A DNA stretch of 64,000 nt from a candidate division FCPU426 bacterium (GCA_963796105.1 CAWCKJ010000009.1:1-64000), one strand, 5' to 3'; shown: positions 25,209 through 35,280, counted from the first letter of the stretch. Translations and numbers: made by a program. Notes: a model not told the origin generated them from the sequence alone.

Positions 25209-26240
25209 TTACTGCCCTACCACCAATAGATGGAAAGTATCAGGCAGTATTCTGGGCCTGGGCTTGGGATTGTCCGCCGTGGGTGTGGGAGGCGGCAAGG
25301 TTTCCGCGGTGGCCAATACGACATGGCCTGTCTTGAGATCCACAGCCATGGTCCTGGCCCCCAGCTCGGTTTTCGCGTTCTCCACTACCCAATAGCGGTC
25401 CGGCGTTTCCGCGTGGACCACGCTCAAGGTCCCGTCCCCGCAGGAATTGTAGACGACTCCCCGGTCCTGGTCGTAGGCGGTCGCGTCAATGCGTTTTCCG
25501 ATCGGCAGGGTCTTAATCACTTTCCCGTTGGTGGAATCCATGATCACCATGAGTTCATTATGGCAGCCAATAAAAAGCCGGTGGTTCACGGGGTCAATGG
25601 CCATTCCGGCGGGAGACTTGCCCGGCGCTGTCGGCCAGCGCTGGGCGACCTTCAGACCCTTGGAGTCGATCACGGCCACTTCATCCTTGTCCTCGATACA
25701 ATCGAAGACCTGACCTTTCCCATTGGCAGCGGCCGACTCGGGTTTTCCTCCCAAATCCAGCGTTTTGAATACCTTCAAGCTTCTGGCCCCGATGACCGTG
25801 GCGTTGCCCGGCTCCCCGTTGAAGGAAAAAACCTGGCGGGTGGCGGGATCGAACAAGATACCGTCAGCGCCTTTCTGGGCAGGCACCTTCCGCACGACTT
25901 TGAGGGTTTTCAAGTCGAATACCGCCACTAGGCCGTCCTCCCCGCTGGTAATGAAACCCCTGTTGAATTGGGGCGCGAGGGCGATGCCGTGGCAGTGGTG
26001 GAGGCCCCGAATCTGGCCGATCACTTTCAAGCTGTCGGCGTCCAACACCACCACTTCCGTGTCATGGCTCAAATATAGTTTCCGAGCCTGGCTGTCGAGC
26101 GTCAGGCAATCCCAGCCCATATCCCCCGGAACCGGTACTCTTTTCAGGACTTTGTATCCGGCCAGGTAATCCGCGGCGGCGGTGCCACAGACCAAAGCCG
26201 ATAATAGGATGGATAAAAACAGGATTCTGGCGCTTCCCAT
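25209..26240 (-). CDS. Secreted YncE/YVTN-type beta-propeller protein
   Basis: Signal peptide; GWDCLTLD, HGIAL, repeated blades, GARTMAVD. Confidence 0.88.
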   Translation of the reverse strand: MGSARILFLSILLSALVCGTAAADYLAGYKVLKRVPVPGDMGWDCLTLDSQARKLYLSHDTEVVVLDADSLKVIGQIRGLHHCHGIALAPQFNRGFITSGEDGLVAVFDLKTLKVVRKVPAQKGADGILFDPATRQVFSFNGEPGNATVIGARSLKVFKTLDLGGKPESAAANGKGQVFDCIEDKDEVAVIDSKGLKVAQRWPTAPGKSPAGMAIDPVNHRLFIGCHNELMVIMDSTNGKVIKTLPIGKRIDATAYDQDRGVVYNSCGDGTLSVVHAETPDRYWVVENAKTELGARTMAVDLKTGHVVLATAETLPPPTPTADNPKPRPRILPDTFHLLVVGQ

Positions 26241-26338
26241 GTTTCCCCCCGAATGTTGATTGCCTCCGGTCCCTTAGGAACGCCTGAGATGACCGGATTC
26301 GAGGGATTACTTTACCACGGTTGGGTTTGCAATGCCTG

Positions 26339-26372
26339 AAAACAAGAAGCCCGGGGAGAAACCTCCCCGGGC
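26339..26372 (-). terminator. Terminator-like hairpin
   Basis: GCCCGGGGAG-GTTT-CTCCCCGGGC-TTCTTGTTTT on the - strand. Confidence 0.6.
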
Positions 26373-26545
26373 CCTATTCCCCTTTTCCAAGAAAAACCCA
26401 TCGCTGGATTTTTCCGGATAATCAAGGGACGGCCCTCCGCACCGCAGCGTAGGGCAGGGCTTCGGTTCACCACTTGGCCGGGGCATTATCCCCGGCCACC
26501 CATTGGCCACCGGCCAAGGGCAGTTAAATTCACGAGTACACGGCT

Positions 26546-26626
26546 TGTACCGATTCACCATAAAGCAGTTAAGTAAATCGGCACTATACCGAACTTTCAT
26601 TAAAGAATTTATTGAGGTTCGGCATG
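26546..26626. repeat. Twin-hairpin module B, copy 3
   Basis: TGTACCGAT..CCATAAA..ATCGGCAC-TATACCGAAC..TTTATTG..GTTCGGCATG; abuts palindrome CCCCGGCTAAAAGCCGGGG (26628-26646). Confidence 0.75.
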
Positions 26627-26661
26627 TCCCCGGCTAAAAGCCGGGGCCTGAAATCAGCCGG

Positions 26662-27396
26662 TCAATTCGACTCGGCCAGCCCCATTTGCGTGAGCTTCGG
26701 GAAAAGGATGTTGTTTTCCAGGTGAATGTGCTGGTGCACATCCGCCTCCAGCTCTCGGATGCCCTCGTATAAACCCTTAAAGGACATGCAGGCCCCTTCC
26801 GGCGGGGTCAAGCCGTTGGTCAGGCGATGAATTTCCAAAAATCCCTCACCCGTCACGCCGTGCTCCCACATGAGAACCTTCAGGGGTTGGCTCAGGACCG
26901 GGCCCTGGGGTACCGGTTGGGCTATATTTCCCGCCTCCCGTTCCTCTTCCAATCGTCTCAAGAAGGCGAATACCACCTGCTCTTCCTTGGCCATGTGACC
27001 GTCCAATTCCCGGCCCATTTCTCCCACCTTGTCCCTCAATTCCAACAGTTCCGGATGCTTCTCGCCGTGGACTTTCACCACCTTTTCCGCCAAACCCAAA
27101 AGCCTGGAGGTCTGGGTCCTGGTATAGACGTGATGTTTTTCCACGATGTAATCGAGGAATTCCACCAGGGGTCGATTCGTCCAATCCATAAATACCGTAT
27201 CCGGGTTCGACCTGGCCTGGATTTTTCCCAGTAAATCCAAGGTCTCCTTGACGGGGACTCCCGCCAACTCACAGGCTTCTTTTAAACTCCGGCGTCCCCC
27301 GCAGCAGTAATCCAGTTTCAATTCTTCCATGAACGGGATCGCTCCCTTTACCTCCACGGCGATTTTCCCGACCGGCATGATTTCGGTGATTTCCAT
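26662..27396 (-). CDS. ric: Iron-sulfur cluster repair di-iron protein (YtfE/ScdA)
   Basis: LDYCCGG, IVEKHH, VHG, HMAKEE, EH, HIHLENNILFP. Confidence 0.95.
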   Translation of the reverse strand: MEITEIMPVGKIAVEVKGAIPFMEELKLDYCCGGRRSLKEACELAGVPVKETLDLLGKIQARSNPDTVFMDWTNRPLVEFLDYIVEKHHVYTRTQTSRLLGLAEKVVKVHGEKHPELLELRDKVGEMGRELDGHMAKEEQVVFAFLRRLEEEREAGNIAQPVPQGPVLSQPLKVLMWEHGVTGEGFLEIHRLTNGLTPPEGACMSFKGLYEGIRELEADVHQHIHLENNILFPKLTQMGLAESN

Positions 27397-27445
27397 AATT
27401 GCCCCCCTGGCGGTTTGATTACAGGTTGATGTTGTTTCAATGGAA

Positions 27446-27489
27446 ATAATAGGAGGCCAGAGAATGAATCGCCGTGACCCAAGTCACGG
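27446..27489 (-). promoter_or_regulatory. CRP/FNR-family class II promoter of ric
   Basis: Palindrome CCGTGAC-CCAA-GTCACGG (GTGA-N6-TCAC) at 27472-27489, centred about 41.5 bp upstream of a start inferred from -10 TATTAT (27446-27451). Confidence 0.65.
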
Positions 27490-27559
27490 GATCATCCTTT
27501 AGTTTTGGGAGGTATTTAAGGCTTTTAAGCTAAAAAGGCGGATTTTGGATGAAGTGAAT

Positions 27560-27793
27560 CTAGTCCGTGCCCTCATTGTATTTCACGTCGGAATGGAGGG
27601 CCGAAACTTTGCGTTTGATGAGGTGGTTGAGATCCGTGCAGCAGGTGATGTAACGAAGGATATGGGGGCCTTCCTGTCCTGAGTGGAAAGAGTCAAAGGA
27701 AGGGTGGATATCATCAATGGGACATTTGACAGATTCGATGAATTTTCTTAATCCGTCCGGACTGGCGCTTTGGAAATGGACCTCAATAAACAT
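27560..27793 (-). CDS. Small hypothetical protein
   Basis: 77-aa ORF filling the gap, co-oriented with neighbours, G-rich SD-like sequence upstream. Confidence 0.45.
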   Translation of the reverse strand: MFIEVHFQSASPDGLRKFIESVKCPIDDIHPSFDSFHSGQEGPHILRYITCCTDLNHLIKRKVSALHSDVKYNEGTD

Positions 27794-27888
27794 TTTTAAC
27801 CCCCGCCCATAAGTTCGACCAAGAGAGGATCGTCTGAACCCTGGTCATTTTAACCGGGCCATCCTAGCGCCCAAAAGGATTTTTCAGA

Positions 27889-29049
27889 TCAAAAAGCCTT
27901 TTCTAGGATTTCCCCGAGTTCCTCCAGGGAGAGTTCAACAGGATTGCCTTTCATGCTGGAAGCTTTGGAGGCCTTATCGCGGATCAAGCCGAAATCCCCC
28001 CTTTTCACCCCCAATTCGGAAAGGCGGGGTATTTTCAATTCTTTCCTCAATTTTTCACATAATTCCACACCATCCTCCGCCCGAGCCTGGGATTTTCCCG
28101 TCAAGATTACCGCCGCTTCCTGGTACCGCTTGAGGGCGGGATGGCTGGGCTGTCTTTGGGCCAGCGCTTTCAGGTTCATGTCCGTCACTGCCGGAAGCAG
28201 GGCCGCGCAGATCCCCCCGTGCGCCGCCCCATACATGCCCCCTAGGGGAGCCGCGAAACCGTGGACCGCTCCAAGCTTGGCGTTGGCAAGAGCGATGCCG
28301 CTGAAATGGCTAGCCAGGACCATATCCTCCCTGGCTTGAAGATCAGAGCCGTCCAGGAAGGCTTTGGAAAGCGACCGGACCGCCCGGGCCATGCCCTCTT
28401 TGCAGAGAACATCAGTAAAGGGGTTGGGCGTCCGGCAGGTGTAGGATTCCAGGAGCTGGCAAAGCGCGTCCATGCCGGTGGTGGCTGTGACTTCGGGCGG
28501 GACCGTGAGGGTCAATCGGGGGTCCAGCACCACGACTCTGGGAACCATGGAGGGATGGCGCAGGCTCACCTTGACCTTGTGCTCTGGGGAAGTTAAAACC
28601 GCGTTGCGGGTGGCCTCTGTTCCTGTCCCGGCGGTGGTGGGAACGGCCGCGAAAAACAAGGGGGAGTTCGACAGGGCATGCCCTTTTCCGATGACTTCCA
28701 GGTAATCCAGGAGGTCCCCCTGGTTGGCCGCCATGGCGGCAATGGCCTTGCCGGCGTCCAAGACGCTTCCCCCGCCCACAGCCACGACTCCCAGACAGTT
28801 ATTGATCCGAGCGAGCTTGGCGCCCTCTCGAACGCAATCAACCGTGGGCTCGCTCCGGACCGACATGGAAACTGTTTCCACGCCCGAGCTCCGGAGGGAA
28901 TCCAGCGCTTCCCGGGCCCTGGAAGGACTGGACCCGCAAACCAGCAGGATCTTTGAAGCGAAGGGTTTTGTCTCGGCACCTAATTTGGAGACGGTTCCGG
29001 AGCCAAAAAGGACTTTTCCCGGCATCGTCACTTCAAAGGGATCGGTCAT
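27889..29049 (-). CDS. Iron-containing alcohol dehydrogenase
   Basis: GGGSVLDAGK, PTTAGTGTEAT, GMDALCQLLE, GAVHG, HG. Confidence 0.93.
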   Translation of the reverse strand: MTDPFEVTMPGKVLFGSGTVSKLGAETKPFASKILLVCGSSPSRAREALDSLRSSGVETVSMSVRSEPTVDCVREGAKLARINNCLGVVAVGGGSVLDAGKAIAAMAANQGDLLDYLEVIGKGHALSNSPLFFAAVPTTAGTGTEATRNAVLTSPEHKVKVSLRHPSMVPRVVVLDPRLTLTVPPEVTATTGMDALCQLLESYTCRTPNPFTDVLCKEGMARAVRSLSKAFLDGSDLQAREDMVLASHFSGIALANAKLGAVHGFAAPLGGMYGAAHGGICAALLPAVTDMNLKALAQRQPSHPALKRYQEAAVILTGKSQARAEDGVELCEKLRKELKIPRLSELGVKRGDFGLIRDKASKASSMKGNPVELSLEELGEILEKAF

Positions 29050-29053
29050 CCCA

Positions 29054-29359
29054 TCACCAGCCAGCCGAGTCGGGAAACAGGCTTTGATATTTCAACCCCT
29101 TCCGGGGCTCAGCCATCATGGTTTCCACCCCGTCGCGGAACTTGAGGTAATGGGGCGTTTCCCGATGGGCCGCGTGGGCTTCCTTGCTTTTGTAAGCCTC
29201 GATCAGGACGAACTTGGTGGCGTCGTCCCCTCCCTGCACCACGTCAAACCGGGCGACGCCCGGTTCCTTCAGGCTGGCTTTCGCGTTCTCCAGGATGGCC
29301 TTCTTGAAATCCTCGACGCACTCCTTCTTCACGCTCACATGGACAATGAGTACCAGCAT
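29054..29359 (-). CDS. Antibiotic biosynthesis monooxygenase / LsrG-like protein
   Basis: KEPGVARFDV, FVLIEAY, AHRETPHY; AGGAGG SD. Confidence 0.88.
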   Translation of the reverse strand: MLVLIVHVSVKKECVEDFKKAILENAKASLKEPGVARFDVVQGGDDATKFVLIEAYKSKEAHAAHRETPHYLKFRDGVETMMAEPRKGLKYQSLFPDSAGW

Positions 29360-29385
29360 GGCGCCCTCCTTTGGTCTTACCAGGA

Positions 29386-30552
29386 TTATAAGCAAGCCCG
29401 AAGGATGGATTCCACGTCCTTGAGTTCCAGTCTCTTATAGGCTCCCAGGGGGCCGTTACGGACGGCTTTCTTGGCCATCTCCAGGATCCGCTTGTCGTCG
29501 ATGCCGGCGTCCTTGAGGGAGATTGGCGCGCCGACGGATTTAAAAAATTTCTTGGTGCGCTCGATGCCCTCCAGTCCGATTTCCTTGTCGGTCCTGCCGG
29601 CGGTCTCCACTCCCCAGACCCTCACCGCGAATTGCTTGAACTTGCCCGGTCCCGCGTCCAATACATGCTTCATCCATTGGGGCGAGAGGATAGCCAGGCC
29701 CGCGCCATGCGCGATGTCGTAGGCCGCGGAAAGCTCGTGCTCGATCCCGTGGGTGGCCCAGTCCCCCTGCTTGCCCAGGCCCAGTAAGTTGTTCAAAGCC
29801 ATGGTTCCGCACCAGAGGATATTGGCCCTGGCGTCGTAATCCTTGGGGTTGCGGATCACTTTGGGGGCGTTCTCAATGACGGTAGAAAGGACCGCCTCGG
29901 CCATTCGGTCCTGCAGGGGGGTCTCCTCGACATGGCTGAAATACTGCTCAAACACATGCACCATGATGTCCACCAAGCCGTTGGCGGTCTGGTCCGGGGG
30001 AACCGAAAAGGTGGTCTGGGGATCCAGGATGGAAAAGCGCGGCTGGAGGATCAGGGGAGTGACCAGTCCGAGCTTTTCGCCGGTTACAGGGTTTGAGACG
30101 ACCGAATTGCCGTTCATTTCCGTGCCGGTGGCGGCCAGGGTGAGAACGCAACCGATGGGAAGGGCTTGGGTGGCCGGTACCTTGTACTGGTAAAGGTCCC
30201 ATACATCCCCGTCATAAAGGGCTCCCACCGCCATGCCCTTGGCGGCGTCAATGGCGCTCCCTCCTCCTACGCCAAGAACCAAGTCCACCTTTTCCTTTTT
30301 GCAAATGGCCACTCCCTCGCGGACAGAATCCACGCGCGGATTGGGTTTCACCCCCTTCACCTCAAAAACCTTTTTTCCGGCCTTCTGGAGTTCTTTCTGG
30401 ACGCGGTCATATAAGCCCGATGCGTGCACGCTTTTCCCGCCCGTAACCAAAAGAACCTTGAGGCCGAATTTGGCAAGTTCGGTTGGGAGCTTCGAGAGGG
30501 AATCCTTTCCGAAAATAAGACGGGTTTGGGTTTGAAACTCAAAATCCAGCAT
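29386..30552 (-). CDS. Iron-containing alcohol dehydrogenase (BdhA/YqhD-like)
   Basis: PNPR, GGGSAID, TLAATGTEMN, DWATHGIEHELSA, HGAGLA. Confidence 0.93.
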   Translation of the reverse strand: MLDFEFQTQTRLIFGKDSLSKLPTELAKFGLKVLLVTGGKSVHASGLYDRVQKELQKAGKKVFEVKGVKPNPRVDSVREGVAICKKEKVDLVLGVGGGSAIDAAKGMAVGALYDGDVWDLYQYKVPATQALPIGCVLTLAATGTEMNGNSVVSNPVTGEKLGLVTPLILQPRFSILDPQTTFSVPPDQTANGLVDIMVHVFEQYFSHVEETPLQDRMAEAVLSTVIENAPKVIRNPKDYDARANILWCGTMALNNLLGLGKQGDWATHGIEHELSAAYDIAHGAGLAILSPQWMKHVLDAGPGKFKQFAVRVWGVETAGRTDKEIGLEGIERTKKFFKSVGAPISLKDAGIDDKRILEMAKKAVRNGPLGAYKRLELKDVESILRACL

Positions 30553-30788
30553 GGAATGTCTCCTTGGTTTTTTACCCCGCGAAAATCGGCGGGGTGACTG
30601 AAAATGGAATTTCCCCAGGCAATGGATGACCTGAAGTCAATTCCAAGCAGGTTGATGCTACCACCAGTTTCCAGCTCCCGCAAATTGATAGCCGGTAAAA
30701 TCGGAAGTTTCTCAAGAAGGCAAGAAAGCGTTTGCAAGAAATGAAAAGAATGAACCGACGAGGGAAAAACCTGGAATCGGGGCCGTGT

Positions 30789-31265
30789 CTAGGACTCTGG
30801 GTTTAATCTCGCGATGGCATAATTCAAGAGACCCGCGAATGTGACCCAGGCCAGGTAGGGGGCGAGAAGCCAGGCTGATGCAGCGTCCAGGCGCTGGAAT
30901 TGCATGATAGTCAGCGCGATGAATACCCAAAGGGCCACCAGCTCCCGGAAGGCCAGCCAAAGAGCCTGCATGCCGAAAAAAACGTAGCTCCAAAAGGCGT
31001 TCAGGAAAAGCTGGATGAAGAAGAAGCCTAGCGCGGTGTTGCGGCCTGCCACGTAATCATGGAGGCTCCAAACCCGGTAGAGGGCGGCGCCCATGAGCAG
31101 GTACAGAAGGGTCCAGACCGGCCCGAAGATCCAATTCGGGGGGTTGAAGGAAGGTTTTCTCAGGCCTTTGTACCATCCTGGGATTTTGTGACGCGTGAAA
31201 ACGCTTCCGACGCCTCCTGCCGCAAGGCAAAGAACGGCGCATCCGATCATTTTTAAAATTTCCAT
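30789..31265 (-). CDS. tspO: TspO/MBR tryptophan-rich sensory protein
   Basis: WYKGLRKPSFNPPNWIFGPVWTLLY, LNAFWS, PYLAWVTFA. Confidence 0.95.
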   Translation of the reverse strand: MEILKMIGCAVLCLAAGGVGSVFTRHKIPGWYKGLRKPSFNPPNWIFGPVWTLLYLLMGAALYRVWSLHDYVAGRNTALGFFFIQLFLNAFWSYVFFGMQALWLAFRELVALWVFIALTIMQFQRLDAASAWLLAPYLAWVTFAGLLNYAIARLNPES

Positions 31266-31363
31266 AGCCTCATTTTTGCATTTTTTTGTTTCAAGTCAAA
31301 GCCCCATCCTTGAAAATAACCTTTCGCACCCGCCAAGCCGCCGTAGTGCGCAAAGGAACCCGA

Positions 31364-33667
31364 ATGGAAAACAAAGAAAATTTCTTTGAAAAGGCCGAAT
31401 CGCTCGTGGCTAGGATGACGCTCCAGGAAAAAATCCACATGTTGACGGGTGACGGCTGGTGGAAAACCCATTCTATCCAGCGCCTAGGAATCCCCTCCAT
31501 CCGCATGACGGACGGGCCCCACGGGCTCCGGAAAATTCAAGGGGCGAATATGACCGTCAGTGTTCCCGCCACCTGTTTCCCTACCGCGTCCGCCATGGCC
31601 TCTTCCTGGGACCCTGGCCTCCTGCGCAAAGTCGGAACCGCCCTGGCCGAGGAATGCCAGGCCAACGACGTGCAAATTCTGCTGGGCCCCGGGAACAACC
31701 TCAAGCGTTCCCCTTTAGGAGGACGTAATTTCGAGTATTACTCTGAGGATCCTCACCTGTCTGGCACGATGGCTTCCGCATTCATCCAAGGAGTTCAGGG
31801 CGGGGGCGTAGGCACTTCCCTTAAGCATTTCGCGGCCAACAACCAGGAATTCGAGCGCCTGGCCACCAGTTCCAACATGGATGAAAGGACCCTTCGGGAA
31901 CTCTACCTGAGGGCCTTCGAAATCCCAGTGAAGGAGGCCCAGCCCTGGTCCGTCATGGCGGCATATAACAAGCTGAACGGCACCTACGCCACGGAAAATT
32001 CCTGGCTCCTTCAGGAAACCCTCAGGGACCTCTGGGGATTCCAGGGTTTCGTGGTCTCGGATTGGGGCGCGGTCAACGACCGGGTGGAGGGATTAAAGTC
32101 CGGGAACAACCTGGAGATGCCCGGCACTAAAGATTACAACAGCCGCAAAATCCTCCAGGCGGTCAAGGCCGGAATAATCACCAAGACCTGTCTCGGCAAG
32201 AGGGCGGCCGAATTACTCGCGGTAGTCCTCAGGGCGAAAGCCTGCCAAAAGCGGGGTTCCTCTTTCAGCAGGGACGCCCATCACCAGCTCGCAAGACAAG
32301 TGGCCTCCGAAAGCATAGTCCTTTTAAAAAACAAAGGCGGTTTGCTTCCCCTCAATAGCCGCCGCGCCAGAAAAATCGCCCTGATCGGCGCCTTCGCCAA
32401 ATCTCCCCGTTTCCAAGGCGCCGGAAGCTCCCAGGTTAACCCGACCAGGGTCTCGAACGCATTCGATGAGCTCACGCGCTTAGGGGGAAATGATTTTCAT
32501 TTCAACTGGGCCAAGGGTTATGAAATGAACGGCACCACCTCCAAGAAACTGGTCCTAGAGGCTGTCCGTCTCGCGAAAAAGTCGGAACTCGTGGTCTTGT
32601 TCGCGGGTCTTCCTGATAGTTACGAATCCGAGGGTTTTGACCGCATTACCCTGGACTTGCCTGCAGGCCACAACAACTTGATTGAGACCGTGGCCAAAGC
32701 CCAGCCGAATTTAGCGGTCGTATTGATGAATGGTTCGTCCGTGGCCATGCCCTGGGTCCACAGGGCCCAAGCCATCGTGGAGGGGTGGCTAGGCGGACAA
32801 GCTGGGAGCGGCGCCATCGCCGACATCCTTCTGGGCAAGGTGAATCCTTCCGGAAAGCTTTCGGAGACCTTTCCTGTTCGTCTAGAGGACACCCCGGCTT
32901 TTCCCGAGTTCCCCGGCGAGAACCTGAACACGAACTATGGTGAGGGCCTTCACATCGGGTACCGCCATTACGACGCGCGGAAAATCGAGCCTTTGTTTCC
33001 CTTTGGTTTCGGCCTGAGCTACACGACTTTTGCCTTTTCCGGCCTCTTCGTCAGCCGCGTTCCAAAGGGCTTCCGGGTCACGTGCACGGTCAAAAACACA
33101 GGCAAGGTCGAGGGAGCGGAGGTAGTCCAACTTTATATCCATGAGCAACAGCCAAGGGTCACACGGCCGGTTCAGGAGCTCAAGGCCTTTGAGAGGATTT
33201 TCCTTAAACCGGGGGTATCCAAAAAAATCCACTTTCGTCTGGATGACCGCGCTTTCGCCTATTGGGATGTCCGGCTTCATGATTGGAACGTAATCGCCGG
33301 GAAATTCGATATCCGAGTGGGCTCCTCCTCCCGCGACCTCCCCCTCTTTAAAACGATAGATCATCCCGGAACACCTCTCCGATGTCCTCCATTGACGCGG
33401 GATTCCATGGGCAAGGAATTCACCAGACATCCCAAGGGAAAGATTTATTTAAGGAAACTCCTCTATGCCACAGGCTTGATGGAGTCGATTGGGGGCAGGC
33501 GGCGAAAGACTGTAAAGCTTAACCCCGAGGAAAAGGCGGATATCATAAAAGCGGAGAAAGCCCTGATGGCCTTCTTAAACGAGCTTCCTGTCAAAAAAAT
33601 ATCCCTTTTTTCGGAGGGAAAGTTCACAGATCGGATGCTGGAGACGATCCTGAGAAAGACGAGGTGA
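31364..33667 (+). CDS. GH3 beta-glucosidase (cytoplasmic) with Fn3-like domain
   Basis: TDGPHGLRK, GGRNFEYYSEDP, KHFAAN, VVSDWG, ESEGFDR, PFGFGLSYT. Confidence 0.95.
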   Translation: MENKENFFEKAESLVARMTLQEKIHMLTGDGWWKTHSIQRLGIPSIRMTDGPHGLRKIQGANMTVSVPATCFPTASAMASSWDPGLLRKVGTALAEECQANDVQILLGPGNNLKRSPLGGRNFEYYSEDPHLSGTMASAFIQGVQGGGVGTSLKHFAANNQEFERLATSSNMDERTLRELYLRAFEIPVKEAQPWSVMAAYNKLNGTYATENSWLLQETLRDLWGFQGFVVSDWGAVNDRVEGLKSGNNLEMPGTKDYNSRKILQAVKAGIITKTCLGKRAAELLAVVLRAKACQKRGSSFSRDAHHQLARQVASESIVLLKNKGGLLPLNSRRARKIALIGAFAKSPRFQGAGSSQVNPTRVSNAFDELTRLGGNDFHFNWAKGYEMNGTTSKKLVLEAVRLAKKSELVVLFAGLPDSYESEGFDRITLDLPAGHNNLIETVAKAQPNLAVVLMNGSSVAMPWVHRAQAIVEGWLGGQAGSGAIADILLGKVNPSGKLSETFPVRLEDTPAFPEFPGENLNTNYGEGLHIGYRHYDARKIEPLFPFGFGLSYTTFAFSGLFVSRVPKGFRVTCTVKNTGKVEGAEVVQLYIHEQQPRVTRPVQELKAFERIFLKPGVSKKIHFRLDDRAFAYWDVRLHDWNVIAGKFDIRVGSSSRDLPLFKTIDHPGTPLRCPPLTRDSMGKEFTRHPKGKIYLRKLLYATGLMESIGGRRRKTVKLNPEEKADIIKAEKALMAFLNELPVKKISLFSEGKFTDRMLETILRKTR

Positions 33668-33860
33668 TTTCCCGAGAAGTTTAACGAGGGTTAAATCCAA
33701 GAAACTTCTTGGAAAAATCTGGCAGGAAAAAATTTAAAATCTTTCGATCCAACGCATTCCATTTCCTAACCCTCACCTCAACTGCCCTGAACCTACCAAG
33801 CGAATAGTGCGGCAGGGTTGTCCCAACTGTCAATAAAACATTCGGAACTGGCTCCTAACT

Positions 33861-35099
33861 TTATTTTGTTCCCCCTTTTTGAACATTAATGGCCGGTCCT
33901 GTTTCTCCTGTTCTCTCGAGGATTTCCAAACAGGCCCTTCCCGTGTGATAAGGGCATTTCCACAAACCCGCGATCTCGCGCTTAATATCCGGCATGCCAT
34001 TATCATTGATGCCCGCAAACCATTCGCCGCCAGGTCGTAAAAAATACTTTTTGCAATATTCCCATGCCAACTTGGACTTCTCAAAATAGAGATCTTTTCC
34101 GGTCATCTCGTAAGCATTGAAGAAACCAACCATAGCTTCCGCCTGCATCCACCATTCCTTGCCGGGTTTCAGGGATCCATCCGCCTCCTTTTCGTTCAAA
34201 ACGCCCCCTTGGGCGTCAAGACCTTCCCCCAGGACCGCTTGGGCCATACTAACGGCGATGGGCGTGACTTTCTTTAATAGGCTTTCTCGCCTAGTTGCTT
34301 CGGCGGCCTCGATCAAGAGCCAACTGCCTTCGATATCATGACCGTAAGATATATTTCCCGAGACTTCATTCCACTCCATATCAAAAAAAAGCCCGAAATG
34401 ACGGTTAGGCATGATGATTTTCTCTAAAAAAACATTTAGTAAGCTTTCCAGTGATTCGATCACGGGCCCCGCAGGATCATATTGGGCAAGTAGCGAGTAT
34501 GCCTCCAGAATATGAAGGTTCGTGTTCATCGATTTGGGGGTGTTAAGATCCTTCTCGGATAGCCGGGTATCCTGAACTGGCGCCCAGTCGCGCCCAAGGG
34601 CGTCGAGGTAACCTCCTTCGATGGGATCCCTTCCATATCTTTCCACCATATGGAAAATTTTTTTCGCCTCATCCAAAGCCTGCCGGTCGCCAGACGCTTG
34701 TGAAAATTCAGAGAACGCATATATCGCGAAAGCTTGCCCGTAAAATTTCTTGGTGGTGTCAAGGGGTTTGCCCTTGTGGTCGACAAGCCAGAAGACGCCC
34801 CCATGCTCTCGGTCCAGGAAATGATCCCGGAGATACCGGTACATCAACTCGGCGGCACGGATATACTTCTCATTCCCCAACCTGGAATAGGCCCGGGAAA
34901 AGGTCCACAAAATGCGCGTCGCCAAAATCACGCCCTTATCCGCCGTCGGATCGGCGGTACCCTGGCCGTTCACCGAACCCTGGAATCCGCCCGAATCGAA
35001 ATCGATGATGTTCCGTAACCAATAAGCAAGAATGTCATCCGTCAATTCGTTGAGCACTTCTTCACGGTATCTGATTAAGTCTGTTTTTATTTTTACCAA
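33861..35099 (-). CDS. AGE-family epimerase, probably cellobiose 2-epimerase
   Basis: RILWTFS, YGQAFAIY, KSMNTNLHILEAY, SYGHDIEGSWL, WWMQAEA, WKCPYH; start position uncertain. Confidence 0.88.
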   Translation of the reverse strand: MVKIKTDLIRYREEVLNELTDDILAYWLRNIIDFDSGGFQGSVNGQGTADPTADKGVILATRILWTFSRAYSRLGNEKYIRAAELMYRYLRDHFLDREHGGVFWLVDHKGKPLDTTKKFYGQAFAIYAFSEFSQASGDRQALDEAKKIFHMVERYGRDPIEGGYLDALGRDWAPVQDTRLSEKDLNTPKSMNTNLHILEAYSLLAQYDPAGPVIESLESLLNVFLEKIIMPNRHFGLFFDMEWNEVSGNISYGHDIEGSWLLIEAAEATRRESLLKKVTPIAVSMAQAVLGEGLDAQGGVLNEKEADGSLKPGKEWWMQAEAMVGFFNAYEMTGKDLYFEKSKLAWEYCKKYFLRPGGEWFAGINDNGMPDIKREIAGLWKCPYHTGRACLEILERTGETGPAINVQKGGTK

Positions 35100-35280
35100 G
35101 TCACCCTCTTCAATCCAAGAACTGCATATTACTTTTCGGATCAAATTTGGGCAAATAATAACCATTAAACCTCTGAATAACTAAAATAAAACACAAAACA
35201 GAGATTTCAACCCAAAGTATTTCACGGGAAAACACGGGTTTACTAGGTATTGGGAGAGAAATCGCGCAGGAAAAGGCCTA

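Noticed and set aside
26430..26560. Group II intron domain V or known riboswitch
   Set aside because: AAGCCGTGTAC and CGGTGCGGAGGG resemble DV ends but are ~90 nt apart and do not form the DV hairpin; no riboswitch consensus matched.
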